A stretch of DNA of 64,000 nucleotides from Vulcanimicrobiota bacterium (GCA_023447635.1 JAEXNA010000217.1:1656-65655); one strand, 5' to 3'; positions 36,350-46,457 are shown, counted from the stretch's first letter. The notes: generated by a model not told the origin, from the letters alone. A program made the numbers and translations.

Positions 36350-38173
36350 TTGGGGGGAAGAGCAAACAGGGCGCGCATGCCTAGCCCTGTTTCTCAAGAC
36401 ACCCACCGCCGTGACATGCTCGCCCAATGGGCTTTCGACTGCCGCCCCGTTCTGGGCCGCTTCCATCTGTGGTTGGAAGACGTCGACACCGAGTGGACGA
36501 AAGGTCGCCCCTCGCCCGAGAAGCCGTGCGACATGTCGTTCGTGCAGGGCTCGCTCGAGCGCCAGTTGGCCATGACGGCGGCCGTGACCGCCCTGGGCAC
36601 CAAGCTGTTCGGCCGCTACGGCGAAGGCGCCGGCCTGGACAAAGGCGGCCTCAACGAGGTCAAGAAGGAAGCCGACGGCGTGTCGGCCTATACCATGAGC
36701 GAAGGGCTCTGGTACCTGACCCGCCACCTGCCCGAGAACCACGCCATCATGGTTTGCCTGGGCGAAGGGCTGATGCCCAAGGTGGGAGAGACCCCCGAGA
36801 TGGGCTCGAACCCGAACCTGGGCTTCGGTCGTGTCTACGCCCGTCCCGAGGTCGCCCGTTTCCTGGACAGCCGGGTGGCCAAACTTCTGAACAACCCCCG
36901 CTACGGCTGGAAAGAGTTCTACACCGAAATCCAGCGCGCCGGCATCACCGTTTGGGGCGCCGCCATCGACACGCTGGAAAATACCTCACGCTTCGGCTTG
37001 GGCCGCGAAGCAGGCACCATGACCATCTTGCACATCTACGACCAGCCGCTGCACGTGGTACGCCCGTACGAGGGCTACATGGGCACGCTGATCCTACCGA
37101 AAGAAGTCACCAACGCTGCGGCGGACAAGGCGATCCTGGTCGACTACCGCACCCCCCGCAGCCGCGTCCTGGAAGCGATCCAGGCCGCCCATCCCGGGAT
37201 CGAGCCGGGCAATGTCCACGTCTGGACATTAGGCGGCTCGAGCCGTAGCAACCGAATCGGAGGCCTCTGGAAGGAGTGGACCGACCTGGGCGCCCATCTG
37301 ATCGAAGAGGGCTGGGAGCTTCCCGGCAAAGGACCGCTCTTCAATGAGTCCGGCACCTACTCGCCCACGCACGCGGTGGGACAGTGGGTCGACGAGGCCG
37401 GGAAACAACATCTGCTGTTGGTCGATGGTTACGCCGCCTCGGCCGAGGCGGTGGCCGCCGCGACGCTGGCCGAAGCCAAAGGTTTGGAGTGCTCGCTCTC
37501 CGTTTTTACCTCGTCTTTCAAACTGCCCTACGACCGCGAGCAGAAGGCCATGCACCTTGACCCCGGTGCGGCCGACTTCCGTCAGCGCCTGGGCGAACTG
37601 ATCGACGCGCCGGTCGACGACAAAGTCGCCCAGACCTACGTCGAGATGATCCTGGAAGGCGCCGACGCGGGGATTCCGCTGAAACGCGCCACCCTGACGG
37701 CCGACGATTTCTTCCCCGAGAAAGAGTGGGGCGTGCTGGCCCTGGGCAGCTATATGGGCCCCGACCCTTACACCGGTCTTTCTGGAGTGGAAGATCTGGG
37801 CGAAGGCCGCTACCGCGTGACGGTGCGCCTGACCTCGAAAACGGTGGACAAGCGGGTCATCCTGACCCTGCGCATGATGAAGCCCGAGGACGACCGTCGT
37901 CTGGTCTTCCAGCCGCTGCTGCAGCGCTTCTTGCAGGGTGAGGACTACACCCAGCGCGCGGTCAAGATCTCGGACTCGGGCCGTATCCGTAACGAACTGC
38001 AAACGCTGTGCTCGGATGCCCTCGAGTTCACCGACCAGCGAAAGATGCGTCTGGTCTTCGACAAGATTCCCGAAGCGGTCTTCTCGCACGAGCAGACCGA
38101 GCGGCTGCGCGAACTGCTGGCCTGGTATCAGGAGCGCCATCCGGTCTGGTTCACCTGGCTGGAACTGGCCTAG
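36350..38173 (+). CDS. Large conserved hypothetical protein (about 585-607 aa); its N-terminal half has weak GlpX-like sugar-phosphatase-fold features
   Basis: A continuous high-GC3 ORF. MVCLGEGLMPKVGETPEM ... ILVDYRTPRSRVLEAI loosely recalls GlpX-type motifs but lacks DPIDGT. The start is uncertain; candidate Met codons are at 36377, 36416 and 36533. Confidence 0.45.
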   Translation: MGGRANRARMPSPVSQDTHRRDMLAQWAFDCRPVLGRFHLWLEDVDTEWTKGRPSPEKPCDMSFVQGSLERQLAMTAAVTALGTKLFGRYGEGAGLDKGGLNEVKKEADGVSAYTMSEGLWYLTRHLPENHAIMVCLGEGLMPKVGETPEMGSNPNLGFGRVYARPEVARFLDSRVAKLLNNPRYGWKEFYTEIQRAGITVWGAAIDTLENTSRFGLGREAGTMTILHIYDQPLHVVRPYEGYMGTLILPKEVTNAAADKAILVDYRTPRSRVLEAIQAAHPGIEPGNVHVWTLGGSSRSNRIGGLWKEWTDLGAHLIEEGWELPGKGPLFNESGTYSPTHAVGQWVDEAGKQHLLLVDGYAASAEAVAAATLAEAKGLECSLSVFTSSFKLPYDREQKAMHLDPGAADFRQRLGELIDAPVDDKVAQTYVEMILEGADAGIPLKRATLTADDFFPEKEWGVLALGSYMGPDPYTGLSGVEDLGEGRYRVTVRLTSKTVDKRVILTLRMMKPEDDRRLVFQPLLQRFLQGEDYTQRAVKISDSGRIRNELQTLCSDALEFTDQRKMRLVFDKIPEAVFSHEQTERLRELLAWYQERHPVWFTWLELA

Positions 38174-38282
38174 TCCTCTCTCGAGACTGGACCCCGGGGG
38201 AGAGAGGCGGATCGCCGACCCACCCCAAGCAGCTGGACGGACTATCTTAACTCGACAAGACCCATAGGGGAGGGAGCCGCGC

Positions 38283-39887
38283 TTGGTACGCTGGTTTGTT
38301 CGTGGAGACATCGACGGGTTTTTCGCCCTGGCCCTGGACAACCTGGTCCAGCTTTTGCTCATCGACGCGCTTTGCCGCGCTGTTCTGGGCTTTGACGAAG
38401 CCATGGTCACGCAGCGTATCTTGCCCGGCGTGGCCCTTTCGCTGATCATCGGGAACCTGTTCTACGGCTATCAGGCTCGACAGTTGATGAAGCAAACGGG
38501 CCGCGACGACATCTGTGCCTTGCCTTTTGGCATCAACACGGTGTCGCTGTTTGCCCACATCCTGCTGGTGATGCTGCCGGCCAAGATCGCGGCCACCGCG
38601 ATGGGAGCCGCCAACCCCGCCGAGGTCGCCTGGCAGGCGGGCCTGGTGGCCTGTCTTGGCTCTGGTGTGATCGAACTGTTGGGCGCTTTCGTGGCCGAAC
38701 CGCTGCGGCGGATGACACCTCGAGCGGCGCTGCTGTCGACCCTGGCGGGGATCGCCCTGAGCTTTATCTCGCTGGGCTTCTTTTTTCGCGCCTTCACCTA
38801 TCCGCTGGTCGGTTTCAGCACCCTGGCCATCGTCTTGATGATCTTTTTTGGAGGGGTTCGCTTCAAAGGGCGAGTCCCCGGCGGCATGGTGGCGGTGGCC
38901 CTGGGGACAGCCCTGGCCTGGTTGAGCGGCCAGCCTGCTATGGGCACCACGCCGTTCCCCCAGTGGGCGGGGCTCTTTGTTCCCAAACTGTGGCTGGCCG
39001 ATGTCGCCACCGGACTGTCGGCGGGAGCGCTGACCGGCTACCTCTCGGTGATCATCCCGATGGGACTATTCAACGTGATCGGTTCGCTGCAGAACATCGA
39101 GTCGGCCGAAGCGGCGGGCGACCGCTTTCCCACCGCACCGTCGCTAGCCGTCAACGGCATCGGCACCATCGCCGCCGCGCTCTGCGGGTCCTGCTTTCCC
39201 ACCACCATCTATATCGGGCATCCGGGCTGGAAGGCGCTGGGCTCGCGCGCCGGCTACTCGATCCTGAACGGAATCTTTATGGGGATTGTCTGTCTGACCG
39301 GAACGCTGGCGATGGTCTCCTGGCTGGTCCCCATCGAAGCGGGGATGGCCATCGTCATCTGGATCGGGCTGGTCATCTCGGCCCAGGCGTTCCAGGCCAC
39401 CCCCCGAGCTCACGCGCCCGCCGTCGTCGTCGGTCTGCTGCCTGGTATCGCCGCCTGGGGCGTCTTGCTGGCCAAGGCGGGGCTGCACGCGGCAGGGATG
39501 GGCAACCCCGGCGGTCCGCCCTTCGACGAAGGGCTGGTCGGCAGCTTCCTGATGCAGGGACAGTATATGCACGGAGGGTTCGCTCTAGAGCAAGGCTTCA
39601 TCTTCGTCTCGATCATCTGGGCCGCCGCCACCGTGGCGATCATCGAGAAGAGCTTCTTCAAAGCGGCCTTCTGGTCGCTAGGTGGAGCGGCCCTCTCGAT
39701 GACCGGCCTGATGCATTCCTACAAGTTCACACCGGGCGATACGGTGGTGGATCTCGTCCCCGCGTGGCCCTGGGTCGCAGGATACGGGGCTATGGCTGTC
39801 GTCTTCTTCCTGGCACCCTATTTGACCGAACCCGACGACGCCGGCCACGGAATCGCCGTGGAGCATGGAGATGACGATGGACCTTGA
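38283..39887 (+). CDS. NCS2-family purine permease (AzgA/PbuG-like adenine/guanine/hypoxanthine transporter)
   Basis: More than 12 TMs. Motifs IPMGLFNVIGSLQNIESAEAAGD and the glycine-rich TM core are typical of AzgA-type xanthine/uracil permease family members. Confidence 0.7.
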   Translation: MVRWFVRGDIDGFFALALDNLVQLLLIDALCRAVLGFDEAMVTQRILPGVALSLIIGNLFYGYQARQLMKQTGRDDICALPFGINTVSLFAHILLVMLPAKIAATAMGAANPAEVAWQAGLVACLGSGVIELLGAFVAEPLRRMTPRAALLSTLAGIALSFISLGFFFRAFTYPLVGFSTLAIVLMIFFGGVRFKGRVPGGMVAVALGTALAWLSGQPAMGTTPFPQWAGLFVPKLWLADVATGLSAGALTGYLSVIIPMGLFNVIGSLQNIESAEAAGDRFPTAPSLAVNGIGTIAAALCGSCFPTTIYIGHPGWKALGSRAGYSILNGIFMGIVCLTGTLAMVSWLVPIEAGMAIVIWIGLVISAQAFQATPRAHAPAVVVGLLPGIAAWGVLLAKAGLHAAGMGNPGGPPFDEGLVGSFLMQGQYMHGGFALEQGFIFVSIIWAAATVAIIEKSFFKAAFWSLGGAALSMTGLMHSYKFTPGDTVVDLVPAWPWVAGYGAMAVVFFLAPYLTEPDDAGHGIAVEHGDDDGP

Positions 39888-40476
39888 ATTTAGCGACCTG
39901 ATCGGACAGGAGATCCTGCCCTACGTCGAGCGCCTGGCAGAACTGCGGATCGCGGTGTTCCGCGAGTACCCTTACCTGTACGAAGGCGACCTCGAGTACG
40001 AGCGTGGCTATCTTCAGAAACTGGCCGAAAGCGACCACGGTTACGTAGTGCTGGCCAAAGACGGTGACGAGGTGGTGGGCGCTTCGACCGGCATGCCGCT
40101 AAGCGACGCCGGCCCCGAGTTCCAGAAGCCTTTCCTGGAGCAAGAGTTGGATCCCGATGACTACTTCTACTTTGGAGAGTCCGTGCTGCTGCCGGAGTAT
40201 CGGGGTGGAGGCACCGGCAACAGGTTCTTCGAGGAGCGCGAAGCCCAGGCTCACTTCCTGGCTTACCCTTTCAGCTGCTTCTGCGCGGTGGTGCGTCCTG
40301 ACGACCATCCCGCCAGGCCGGAAGGCTACACCTCGCTCAACCGCTTCTGGACCCGCCGCGGCTTCAAACATCGCCCCGACCTGGTCACCACCTTTGCCTG
40401 GAAAGAGGTGGGAGAGGCCGAGGAATCGCCCAAGACTATGGAGTTCTGGGTAAGAAAGGAGGACGCTCCTTTTTAG
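39865..40476 (+). CDS. GNAT family N-acetyltransferase
   Basis: GESVLLPEYRGGGTGNRFFEEREAQA matches the GNAT motif A (R/Q-x-x-G-x-G/A) acetyl-CoA binding loop. 203 aa. Confidence 0.65.
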   Translation: MEMTMDLEFSDLIGQEILPYVERLAELRIAVFREYPYLYEGDLEYERGYLQKLAESDHGYVVLAKDGDEVVGASTGMPLSDAGPEFQKPFLEQELDPDDYFYFGESVLLPEYRGGGTGNRFFEEREAQAHFLAYPFSCFCAVVRPDDHPARPEGYTSLNRFWTRRGFKHRPDLVTTFAWKEVGEAEESPKTMEFWVRKEDAPF

Positions 40477-40530
40477 GAACGCCCTCGGGGGAGGCGGGTC
40501 CGCCGGTCGGCTTTGGCCGGGGACGCCTCC

Positions 40531-42537
40531 CTATTCTTTTTCGGCGGCGGCGCGTCGCACATAGTCGAGCGCCGGATAGACCGTGGACCAGAGCTGCATG
40601 GCGTTCGACTCGGCCTGGTCTCCAGCGACCCCGTAGGCTCGCCAGGTGATCCCGCTGTCATCGAGGCCGATCGCCCAAAGCTCTGAAGTGGCCAGGGGGC
40701 CGACCCGCGCCTCGCTTTCCTTGATCCCTTGAAGAAGCCCGGCGATACGAGGCTCCAGGGCGGGGAAGCGACCCTGCTGGCGGAGCAGGCCGAACTGCAT
40801 CATGGCCGAGGGCCAGGACCAGACCACCAGCCCGTGATACTGCCCAAACCCAAGCGACCTGGCGTGGCCCGGCTCGGGAGAGAAGACGGGGCTTGCGATC
40901 AGTAGCCCTCCCGGCGTGGCCAGTCCGTAAGGGAACGGCCGCTCCAGGAGGCTCACGATGTCGCCCAACCGCTGCTCGTCGGGATGGCCGTAGAAAAGGG
41001 TGAAAGCGACGTCCGTGTGCGGCACGACCACCGCCGAACCGTCGTCGCGGTAGGAGAGGACTGGGAAGCGGAACGGCTTCTCCAACAGATCGGGCCGGGC
41101 CGCGAGCAAGCGGTCGTACCCCTTCTTCTGCTCGGCGCTCAAAGTCTTACCGAACGCCTGCAACCGCTCTTTGACCTGAGACGGATTCAGCTCGACCCAG
41201 TAGCTCTCGGCGATCTTCTCCCACACCGGGCGAAGCGCTTTCAGCCGCTCGAGTTTGTCCGTGTCGGGGGTGGGGAGGGAGCCGTAAACCAGAGTGAGAG
41301 CGTCGAGCGCCGGCAGCGCCAGGTCGGAGTTGATGCTGGCGGGGAACACTCCACCCCCCAGGCCTTCGTGGGAGTCTCTCCAGTCGCCCGTCGACTCGCC
41401 GGGGTTCAGGCGCACCTTCTGCTGGCGAGCCAGCAGGTCGAAGACGTAGTCAGCGTTGCGAACGACTTTCTCGCGACTCGCCCGGTCGGCAAGCAACGTC
41501 TGCACCACGGCTCCGCGACCGTTCTCCTGAAGTTTGGCCAGCAGCACGGGCAGCAGCAGGTCGTCGTCGACCATCTTGTGGTCGTAGACGGGGTCGAGGC
41601 TGCCCTCTTCTCCGGCCTGCAGATGGCGCCACTCGGCCCAGGGGCCGATATCTTCCTCGTGAGCGACCATCCCGTTGTCGGCCAGGCGGTCTAACACGCT
41701 GCGCACGCCGCTGGCCATGGCTTCGTCGCTGAGGATCGGTTCCAGCATCGCCAGCGAGATCAGAGTGTCGCGGCCAAAGTAGGTCAGGAAGCGCCAGGAA
41801 CCGGCCATCATCTTCTCGCGCCGGGTCAGGAACTCTAAGGAGATCAGCGAGTCGTTGATCCGTTTGGGAGCGCGTCGCAGCACCTTCAGGAACTCGGGAC
41901 GGTAAAGCTCCTTGGCGGTGAAGGCGGTCATGGCCGGGAATGGCAGGCGAGCGCGGACCACGACCTCGCCAGGCAGCAAGGTCACCTTGTCGCCCTGGAC
42001 GCGGGCGGGGGTCAGGTCCAGGCGGAACGCTCCGGCTTCGGCAGGCACGTAGCGCTGTTGGCGCTCGAAGCTGACGGTAGTATCCTTCGTGGTACGAACG
42101 GTCTCGGCGCCGTCCTTGCCCAGGGTGGCTCGGGCCTTCGTGATTTTCGCTGCTGTTCCGGCGCCTTCGCTCTCGTCCCGCAGGGTGCGGATGCTGTCGA
42201 GCACGACCTTGTCGATGGTGGTGGCTTGCAGCACCTGCAGTTTCACCTCGACCTCTTGATGCTGCTTCCCGCCGGGTAGGGCTCGCAGGCTTCCGGGGAC
42301 GATTTTCAGGCCGCCTTGAAACCACAAGCCCATTCCGGAATTTTCCGACGGGAAGGCGAAGACCAGACGCTCCTTGCGCAGCAGAACGTGCACCTGGGCG
42401 GTGACGTCGTCGAGAAAGACGTTGCTCTGCCCGCCTTCTTCGATCACAAACTCCGGCGCGGGCGGCGGCGTCTGGGCCAGAGCGGGCGAGCCGAGCCAGA
42501 GGAAAGGAAGGAGTAAGAACAGTCTGGTCAGTTTCAT
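40531..42537 (-). CDS. Secreted glycoside hydrolase-like protein with a GDE_C / six-hairpin glycosidase-type domain
   Basis: Signal peptide MKLTRLFLLLPFLWLGSPALAQ, placed at an internal Met by codon arithmetic. SWRFLTYFGRDTLISLAM matches the waFGRD motif of amylo-alpha-1,6-glucosidase-like (GDE_C) domains. Confidence 0.45.
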   Translation of the reverse strand: MKLTRLFLLLPFLWLGSPALAQTPPPAPEFVIEEGGQSNVFLDDVTAQVHVLLRKERLVFAFPSENSGMGLWFQGGLKIVPGSLRALPGGKQHQEVEVKLQVLQATTIDKVVLDSIRTLRDESEGAGTAAKITKARATLGKDGAETVRTTKDTTVSFERQQRYVPAEAGAFRLDLTPARVQGDKVTLLPGEVVVRARLPFPAMTAFTAKELYRPEFLKVLRRAPKRINDSLISLEFLTRREKMMAGSWRFLTYFGRDTLISLAMLEPILSDEAMASGVRSVLDRLADNGMVAHEEDIGPWAEWRHLQAGEEGSLDPVYDHKMVDDDLLLPVLLAKLQENGRGAVVQTLLADRASREKVVRNADYVFDLLARQQKVRLNPGESTGDWRDSHEGLGGGVFPASINSDLALPALDALTLVYGSLPTPDTDKLERLKALRPVWEKIAESYWVELNPSQVKERLQAFGKTLSAEQKKGYDRLLAARPDLLEKPFRFPVLSYRDDGSAVVVPHTDVAFTLFYGHPDEQRLGDIVSLLERPFPYGLATPGGLLIASPVFSPEPGHARSLGFGQYHGLVVWSWPSAMMQFGLLRQQGRFPALEPRIAGLLQGIKESEARVGPLATSELWAIGLDDSGITWRAYGVAGDQAESNAMQLWSTVYPALDYVRRAAAEKE

Positions 42538-42612
42538 TCCGTCCGGTTTGTGCTTTGCCTGGCGAGCCCTTTTTGCGGGGGGAGGGGGAGAGGGTGGAGA
42601 AGGAGCGCGGCT

Positions 42613-43401
42613 ATGGATACCAAGATCGCTTCGAACAAAGAACTCTGGGACAGCCGCGTGGCGGGGCATATGGCCTCAAAATTCTACGACATGGAGAGCT
42701 TTCGGGCGGGCCGGAACAGTCTGCCAGCGCACGACGTCGAGGTCATGGGCTCGGTCGAGGGACTTTCACTTCTGCACTTGCAGTGCCACTTTGGGCAGGA
42801 CACCCTTTCCTGGGCCCGCCTGGGGGCGCGCGTGACGGGAGTGGATCTGTCGGACGCCGCGGTGGAGGCGGCGCGCGCTTTGAGCGACGAGTTAGGCATG
42901 GAGGCGCGCTTTCATCGTTCCAACGTGTTGGAGTATCTTCCGGACCGGACCTACGACCGAGTCTATACATCTTACGGAGTCCTGGGATGGTTGCCGGACC
43001 TGAAGCCGTGGGCTCGCGTGGTGAGCCAGGCTCTGGCTCCAGGGGGAGAGTTCTTGCTGGCGGAGTTTCATCCGGTGCTGATGATGTACGACTTCCCCAG
43101 CCGAGCCTTGAAGTATGACTACTTTCATAAAGGTGGCGAGGAGACGGTGACGGGAAGCTACGCCGACACGGATGACCAGACTGAGCGGGTGGAGTATTTC
43201 TGGTCTCACACCCTGGCGGATATTCTCACCCCTTTGCTGGCAGAAGGGCTGCGCCTGGTCGAGATCAAGGAGCTTCCCTGGTCCCCCTACGGGTGCTTCG
43301 ACGGGATGGAAGAGCAGAGTCCGGGGCGCTGGGTTTATCCCGGAAGCCAGGTGCGGCTGCCTCATACGCTGGTGCTGAAGATGGCGAAGTCGAGTTGGTG
43401 A
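42613..43401 (+). CDS. Class I SAM-dependent methyltransferase
   Basis: The fold shows an acidic residue after beta2 and motif II RVYTSYGVLGWLPD. The start at MDTKIASNKELWDSR follows a poor upstream region; the ORF track's earlier start is unlikely. Confidence 0.65.
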   Translation: MDTKIASNKELWDSRVAGHMASKFYDMESFRAGRNSLPAHDVEVMGSVEGLSLLHLQCHFGQDTLSWARLGARVTGVDLSDAAVEAARALSDELGMEARFHRSNVLEYLPDRTYDRVYTSYGVLGWLPDLKPWARVVSQALAPGGEFLLAEFHPVLMMYDFPSRALKYDYFHKGGEETVTGSYADTDDQTERVEYFWSHTLADILTPLLAEGLRLVEIKELPWSPYGCFDGMEEQSPGRWVYPGSQVRLPHTLVLKMAKSSW

Positions 43402-43485
43402 ACGGATTCGACGACGCGTTAACAGAATGGTTACGTTTCAAGGGTGAACGATGGATTAGGATTCAAGCATAAGGAGATTTGAACT

Positions 43486-43989
43486 ATGCTTATATCCACA
43501 TCCGGAGCCCGGCCCTCGGCACGTCCCGCCGTCGCCGGCGCTCCTGTTCGCAGTGAGGCCGCCGCGCAGGCGGGGCCCAGCGAGGTTTTTGACCGCCCTT
43601 CGGAGGCGCTGGTCACCCTGTACAGCCGCAACGACGAGGCCCGAAGCACCGGCTTGAAGGTTGCGAAGTCCGTGCTCGGCGGTGCGCTGGGCGGTGGGCT
43701 CGGAGCCTACGCCGGCCTCAGCACGGGCGTGGGCGCTGGACTTGCCGGTGCGGTCGTGATGGCTTTGCCCGGGGCTCTGGTTGGAGCCATCGGCGTCGGT
43801 GTCATCGCCGAGAAAATGGGCACTTCGGGGTCGGACACGGCGGGAGCCGCTCTGGCGGGTGGAGTGGTGGGCGCGCTGGGCGCTATCGCCGGCGGGGCCT
43901 ATCTGGGCTCGCAGGTGGTGAGCACCGCTGCGGCGATCGGGATGGGTCTGGCCGGAGCCGCTGCCGGCGCGTATTACGCGTTCAGCTAG
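43486..43989 (+). CDS. Glycine-zipper (GxxxG-rich) small membrane protein
   Basis: A strong SD aaggag lies 9 nt upstream of the ATG. 167 aa. GGALGGGLGAYAGLSTGVGAGLAGAVVMALPGALVGAIGVGV is a Gly-zipper-like transmembrane region. Confidence 0.6.
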   Translation: MLISTSGARPSARPAVAGAPVRSEAAAQAGPSEVFDRPSEALVTLYSRNDEARSTGLKVAKSVLGGALGGGLGAYAGLSTGVGAGLAGAVVMALPGALVGAIGVGVIAEKMGTSGSDTAGAALAGGVVGALGAIAGGAYLGSQVVSTAAAIGMGLAGAAAGAYYAFS

Positions 43990-44092
43990 CCTCGCCGTCG
44001 AACTTGAAGCCCGCTTCCCCGGGGGGAGGTGGGCTTTTTGCATGGGCGGGACGGCCTGAAGGTCGGGGGCTGGACGAGAGGAAGGGGAGGGG

Positions 44093-45442
44093 ATGAGTGG
44101 AGAGGCCGAACCGCCGGTCAGAGGCTGGAAAACGTGGCCGCGCAACGTGCGGCTGTTCCTACTCTTTCGCGTCTTCTTCAACGCCCGTTACTACTACCCG
44201 GTCTTTGCTCTGCTGTTCCTGGACCTGGGGCTGAGCCTGGGCCAGTTCGCCATGGTCAACGCAATCTGGGCGGTGACCATCGTGACGCTCGAGGTGCCGT
44301 CGGGGGCGCTGGCCGATCTTTTGGGGCGCCGTAAACTGCTGCGCATCGCGGCCGCCTTGATGGTGGTCGAGATGCTCTGCCTTCTGCTGCCGCGCTTCCA
44401 ACCCGACCTGCTCCTGCTGGCGATCTGTATCAATCGGGCCTGCTCGGGCGCTGCCGAAGCGATGGCCAGCGGGTCCGACGAAGCGCTGGCTTACGACAGC
44501 CTTCCGCCCGAGCGTCAGAGCGAGTGGTCGACCGTGCTCGAAGTGCAGATGCGAGCCATGAACGGAGCCATGATGGTCGCCATGCTGGTGGGCGCCGCCT
44601 CCTACGACCCCGCCATCTGGGCGCGCTGGCTGCCGGAAGCCACCGCCCAGGGCGTGGCCGCGGTCGCGCCGATCGTGCTGACGTTTCTGCACGCGCTGGT
44701 CGTGGTGGGGGCGGTGGCGATGATGGAGGAGGCGCCGCTGGAAAGCCATCTGTCTCGCCGGGAAGCGATAGGGGCCGCCTACCGGCAGACCGCAGAGACC
44801 GTGCGCTGGCTGCTCGGGCAGCCTCGGGTCCGCGTCGTTATCCTGGCCGCAGTGCTGTTCGACCATCTGGCTCGTCAAGGTCTGGTGGTGTCGAGTGACT
44901 ACCTGAACGCTATCGGGATTTCGAAGGCGTACCTGGGCCCTCTGGGCGCGCTGTCCGCTTTGCTGTCCTCGCTGTTCGCCGCTCCCCTGGCCAGGGCGGC
45001 CCAGCGCTGGAAGCCGTCGACTCTTTACTGGGTTCTATATCTTGCCCTGATGGTCGTCTCGTTCGGACTGGCTTATCCCACCCCGTACTGGAGCGCCGTG
45101 TGGATTCTGGCGCTAGGCCAGGTGGCGGGAGCGGTGGGCTATCTGACCAGCCTTTACCTGAACCAACTGGTAGATTCGAAACGGCGCGCTACGCTGCTGA
45201 GCGTGAAGGGGTTGGCGATCAATATCGGTTACGGCTGGATCAGCGTGGCCTATGGCCTTTGGGTTGGTCGGACCGACGGGCAAGGCGGCCAACCCGCACC
45301 CGTCATCGGCGCCTTCGCGGCCTATCTCCCGTACCTGACCGTGCTGACGCTGCTCCTCGCAGTGGTCGCTCGACGCTCGCCCGGCATCAGCGGGAGCGAG
45401 GGCGGCTACGCCAAACCCGAACCCTCTAGTAAGGAGACTTGA
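44093..45442 (+). CDS. MFS transporter
   Basis: About 12 TMs. The loop 2-3 motif ALADLLGRRKLLRIAA matches the MFS signature G-x-L-a-D-r-x-G-r-r. Confidence 0.8.
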   Translation: MSGEAEPPVRGWKTWPRNVRLFLLFRVFFNARYYYPVFALLFLDLGLSLGQFAMVNAIWAVTIVTLEVPSGALADLLGRRKLLRIAAALMVVEMLCLLLPRFQPDLLLLAICINRACSGAAEAMASGSDEALAYDSLPPERQSEWSTVLEVQMRAMNGAMMVAMLVGAASYDPAIWARWLPEATAQGVAAVAPIVLTFLHALVVVGAVAMMEEAPLESHLSRREAIGAAYRQTAETVRWLLGQPRVRVVILAAVLFDHLARQGLVVSSDYLNAIGISKAYLGPLGALSALLSSLFAAPLARAAQRWKPSTLYWVLYLALMVVSFGLAYPTPYWSAVWILALGQVAGAVGYLTSLYLNQLVDSKRRATLLSVKGLAINIGYGWISVAYGLWVGRTDGQGGQPAPVIGAFAAYLPYLTVLTLLLAVVARRSPGISGSEGGYAKPEPSSKET

Positions 45443-46457
45443 CCTGCTCGCCAGCGGCGATCTTCATCAGGACACCGCCGGCCACGCCCGCGACCAGTCC
45501 GGTCACCGCGCCGAGGCCAGCACCGATGGCGGCACCTTTGGCCGGGGTCAACCAGTGGCTGTTAGTGTTGGTGGTCACGGGCTGGTACCGACCGGTGAAC
45601 ACCGGGCGCACGATCTGCTCTCCGCCGTTCGAGAAGCGGGGCGACCCCAGGAAGTCTTCCGGGAAATCGCTCATCCGAATGTTGAAGTCGCCCCAGCGGC
45701 CGTTCGAGACGTGGCGGGTCTGGGAATCCGAAGGGATGAAGCCCAGGCTGCGGTTCGCGTAAACCGGCTGCTGGTAGACCTGAGTAATGCTCTGGTTCTT
45801 ATCGGCCGAGATCGATCCGACCCAGGCGCCTGCTCCCGCCCCAATTAACGCTCCGGCGACCGTTCCGAGCAGTGGCGCCTTATCTGCGTTCTGGGCCATC
45901 TTTTTGCCCTGTTCGGTCTCCGGGACTCGAGGCGTTTCGCGCCAGGCGGCCGGTTCGTCGACGATCAGGTTGGTCAGCGAGGTGACCACGGCGCCCAGCA
46001 GCGCTCCGGCCCCTGCGCCTACGGCAAGTCCGGTGAGCGGTCCGAAGGAGGAGGTGTGTTGGAAAACCTTCTTCTGGTCCGTGTAGCCGGTGCGCTGGTC
46101 GGCGATGACCGGACTCCAGTCTTCCGACTCGTAGTGCCACTGCGTATGAACCTGGGTGTTTCCGTCGGAATCCTGAGTGGTGTAGGTGGTGGTGTAGCTG
46201 TCGGCATCGTCGTAAGAGGCGCCGACCAGTACGGGACGCGTGATCTCACGCGTCGACGTCACCACCTCGACCTTATCGTTGGCCAGATTATGAGCACCCC
46301 ACAGGAAACCTGCGGTCCCTCCCACGGCGGCTCCAACTCCGGCTCCAACCAGCGGCTTGGAAAGGCCGGCCTTACGGGCGTTATTGACCAGCGAGTCGCG
46401 AGCGACGTAGTCGGATTTGGTAGCGAGATGGCGGTTGAGGAACGAGCCGATGTTCAT
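45426..46457 (-). CDS. Glycine-zipper repeat protein (four GxxxG-rich hydrophobic segments), hypothetical
   Basis: Gly-zipper segments PLVGAGVGAAVGGTAGFLWG, LTGLAVGAGAGALLGAVV, LLGTVAGALIGAGAGAWVGS and AAIGAGLGAVTGLVAGVAGGVL are separated by Thr/Ser/Asp-rich spacers. It is a paralog-like relative of the 43486 gene and of the tail of the 4536 protein. Confidence 0.5.
   Translation of the reverse strand: MNIGSFLNRHLATKSDYVARDSLVNNARKAGLSKPLVGAGVGAAVGGTAGFLWGAHNLANDKVEVVTSTREITRPVLVGASYDDADSYTTTYTTQDSDGNTQVHTQWHYESEDWSPVIADQRTGYTDQKKVFQHTSSFGPLTGLAVGAGAGALLGAVVTSLTNLIVDEPAAWRETPRVPETEQGKKMAQNADKAPLLGTVAGALIGAGAGAWVGSISADKNQSITQVYQQPVYANRSLGFIPSDSQTRHVSNGRWGDFNIRMSDFPEDFLGSPRFSNGGEQIVRPVFTGRYQPVTTNTNSHWLTPAKGAAIGAGLGAVTGLVAGVAGGVLMKIAAGEQVKSPY

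Noticed and set aside
37229-38449. 406-aa minus-strand ORF
   Set aside because: Antisense to the 607-aa plus-strand gene. It has no motifs and shadow-frame composition.
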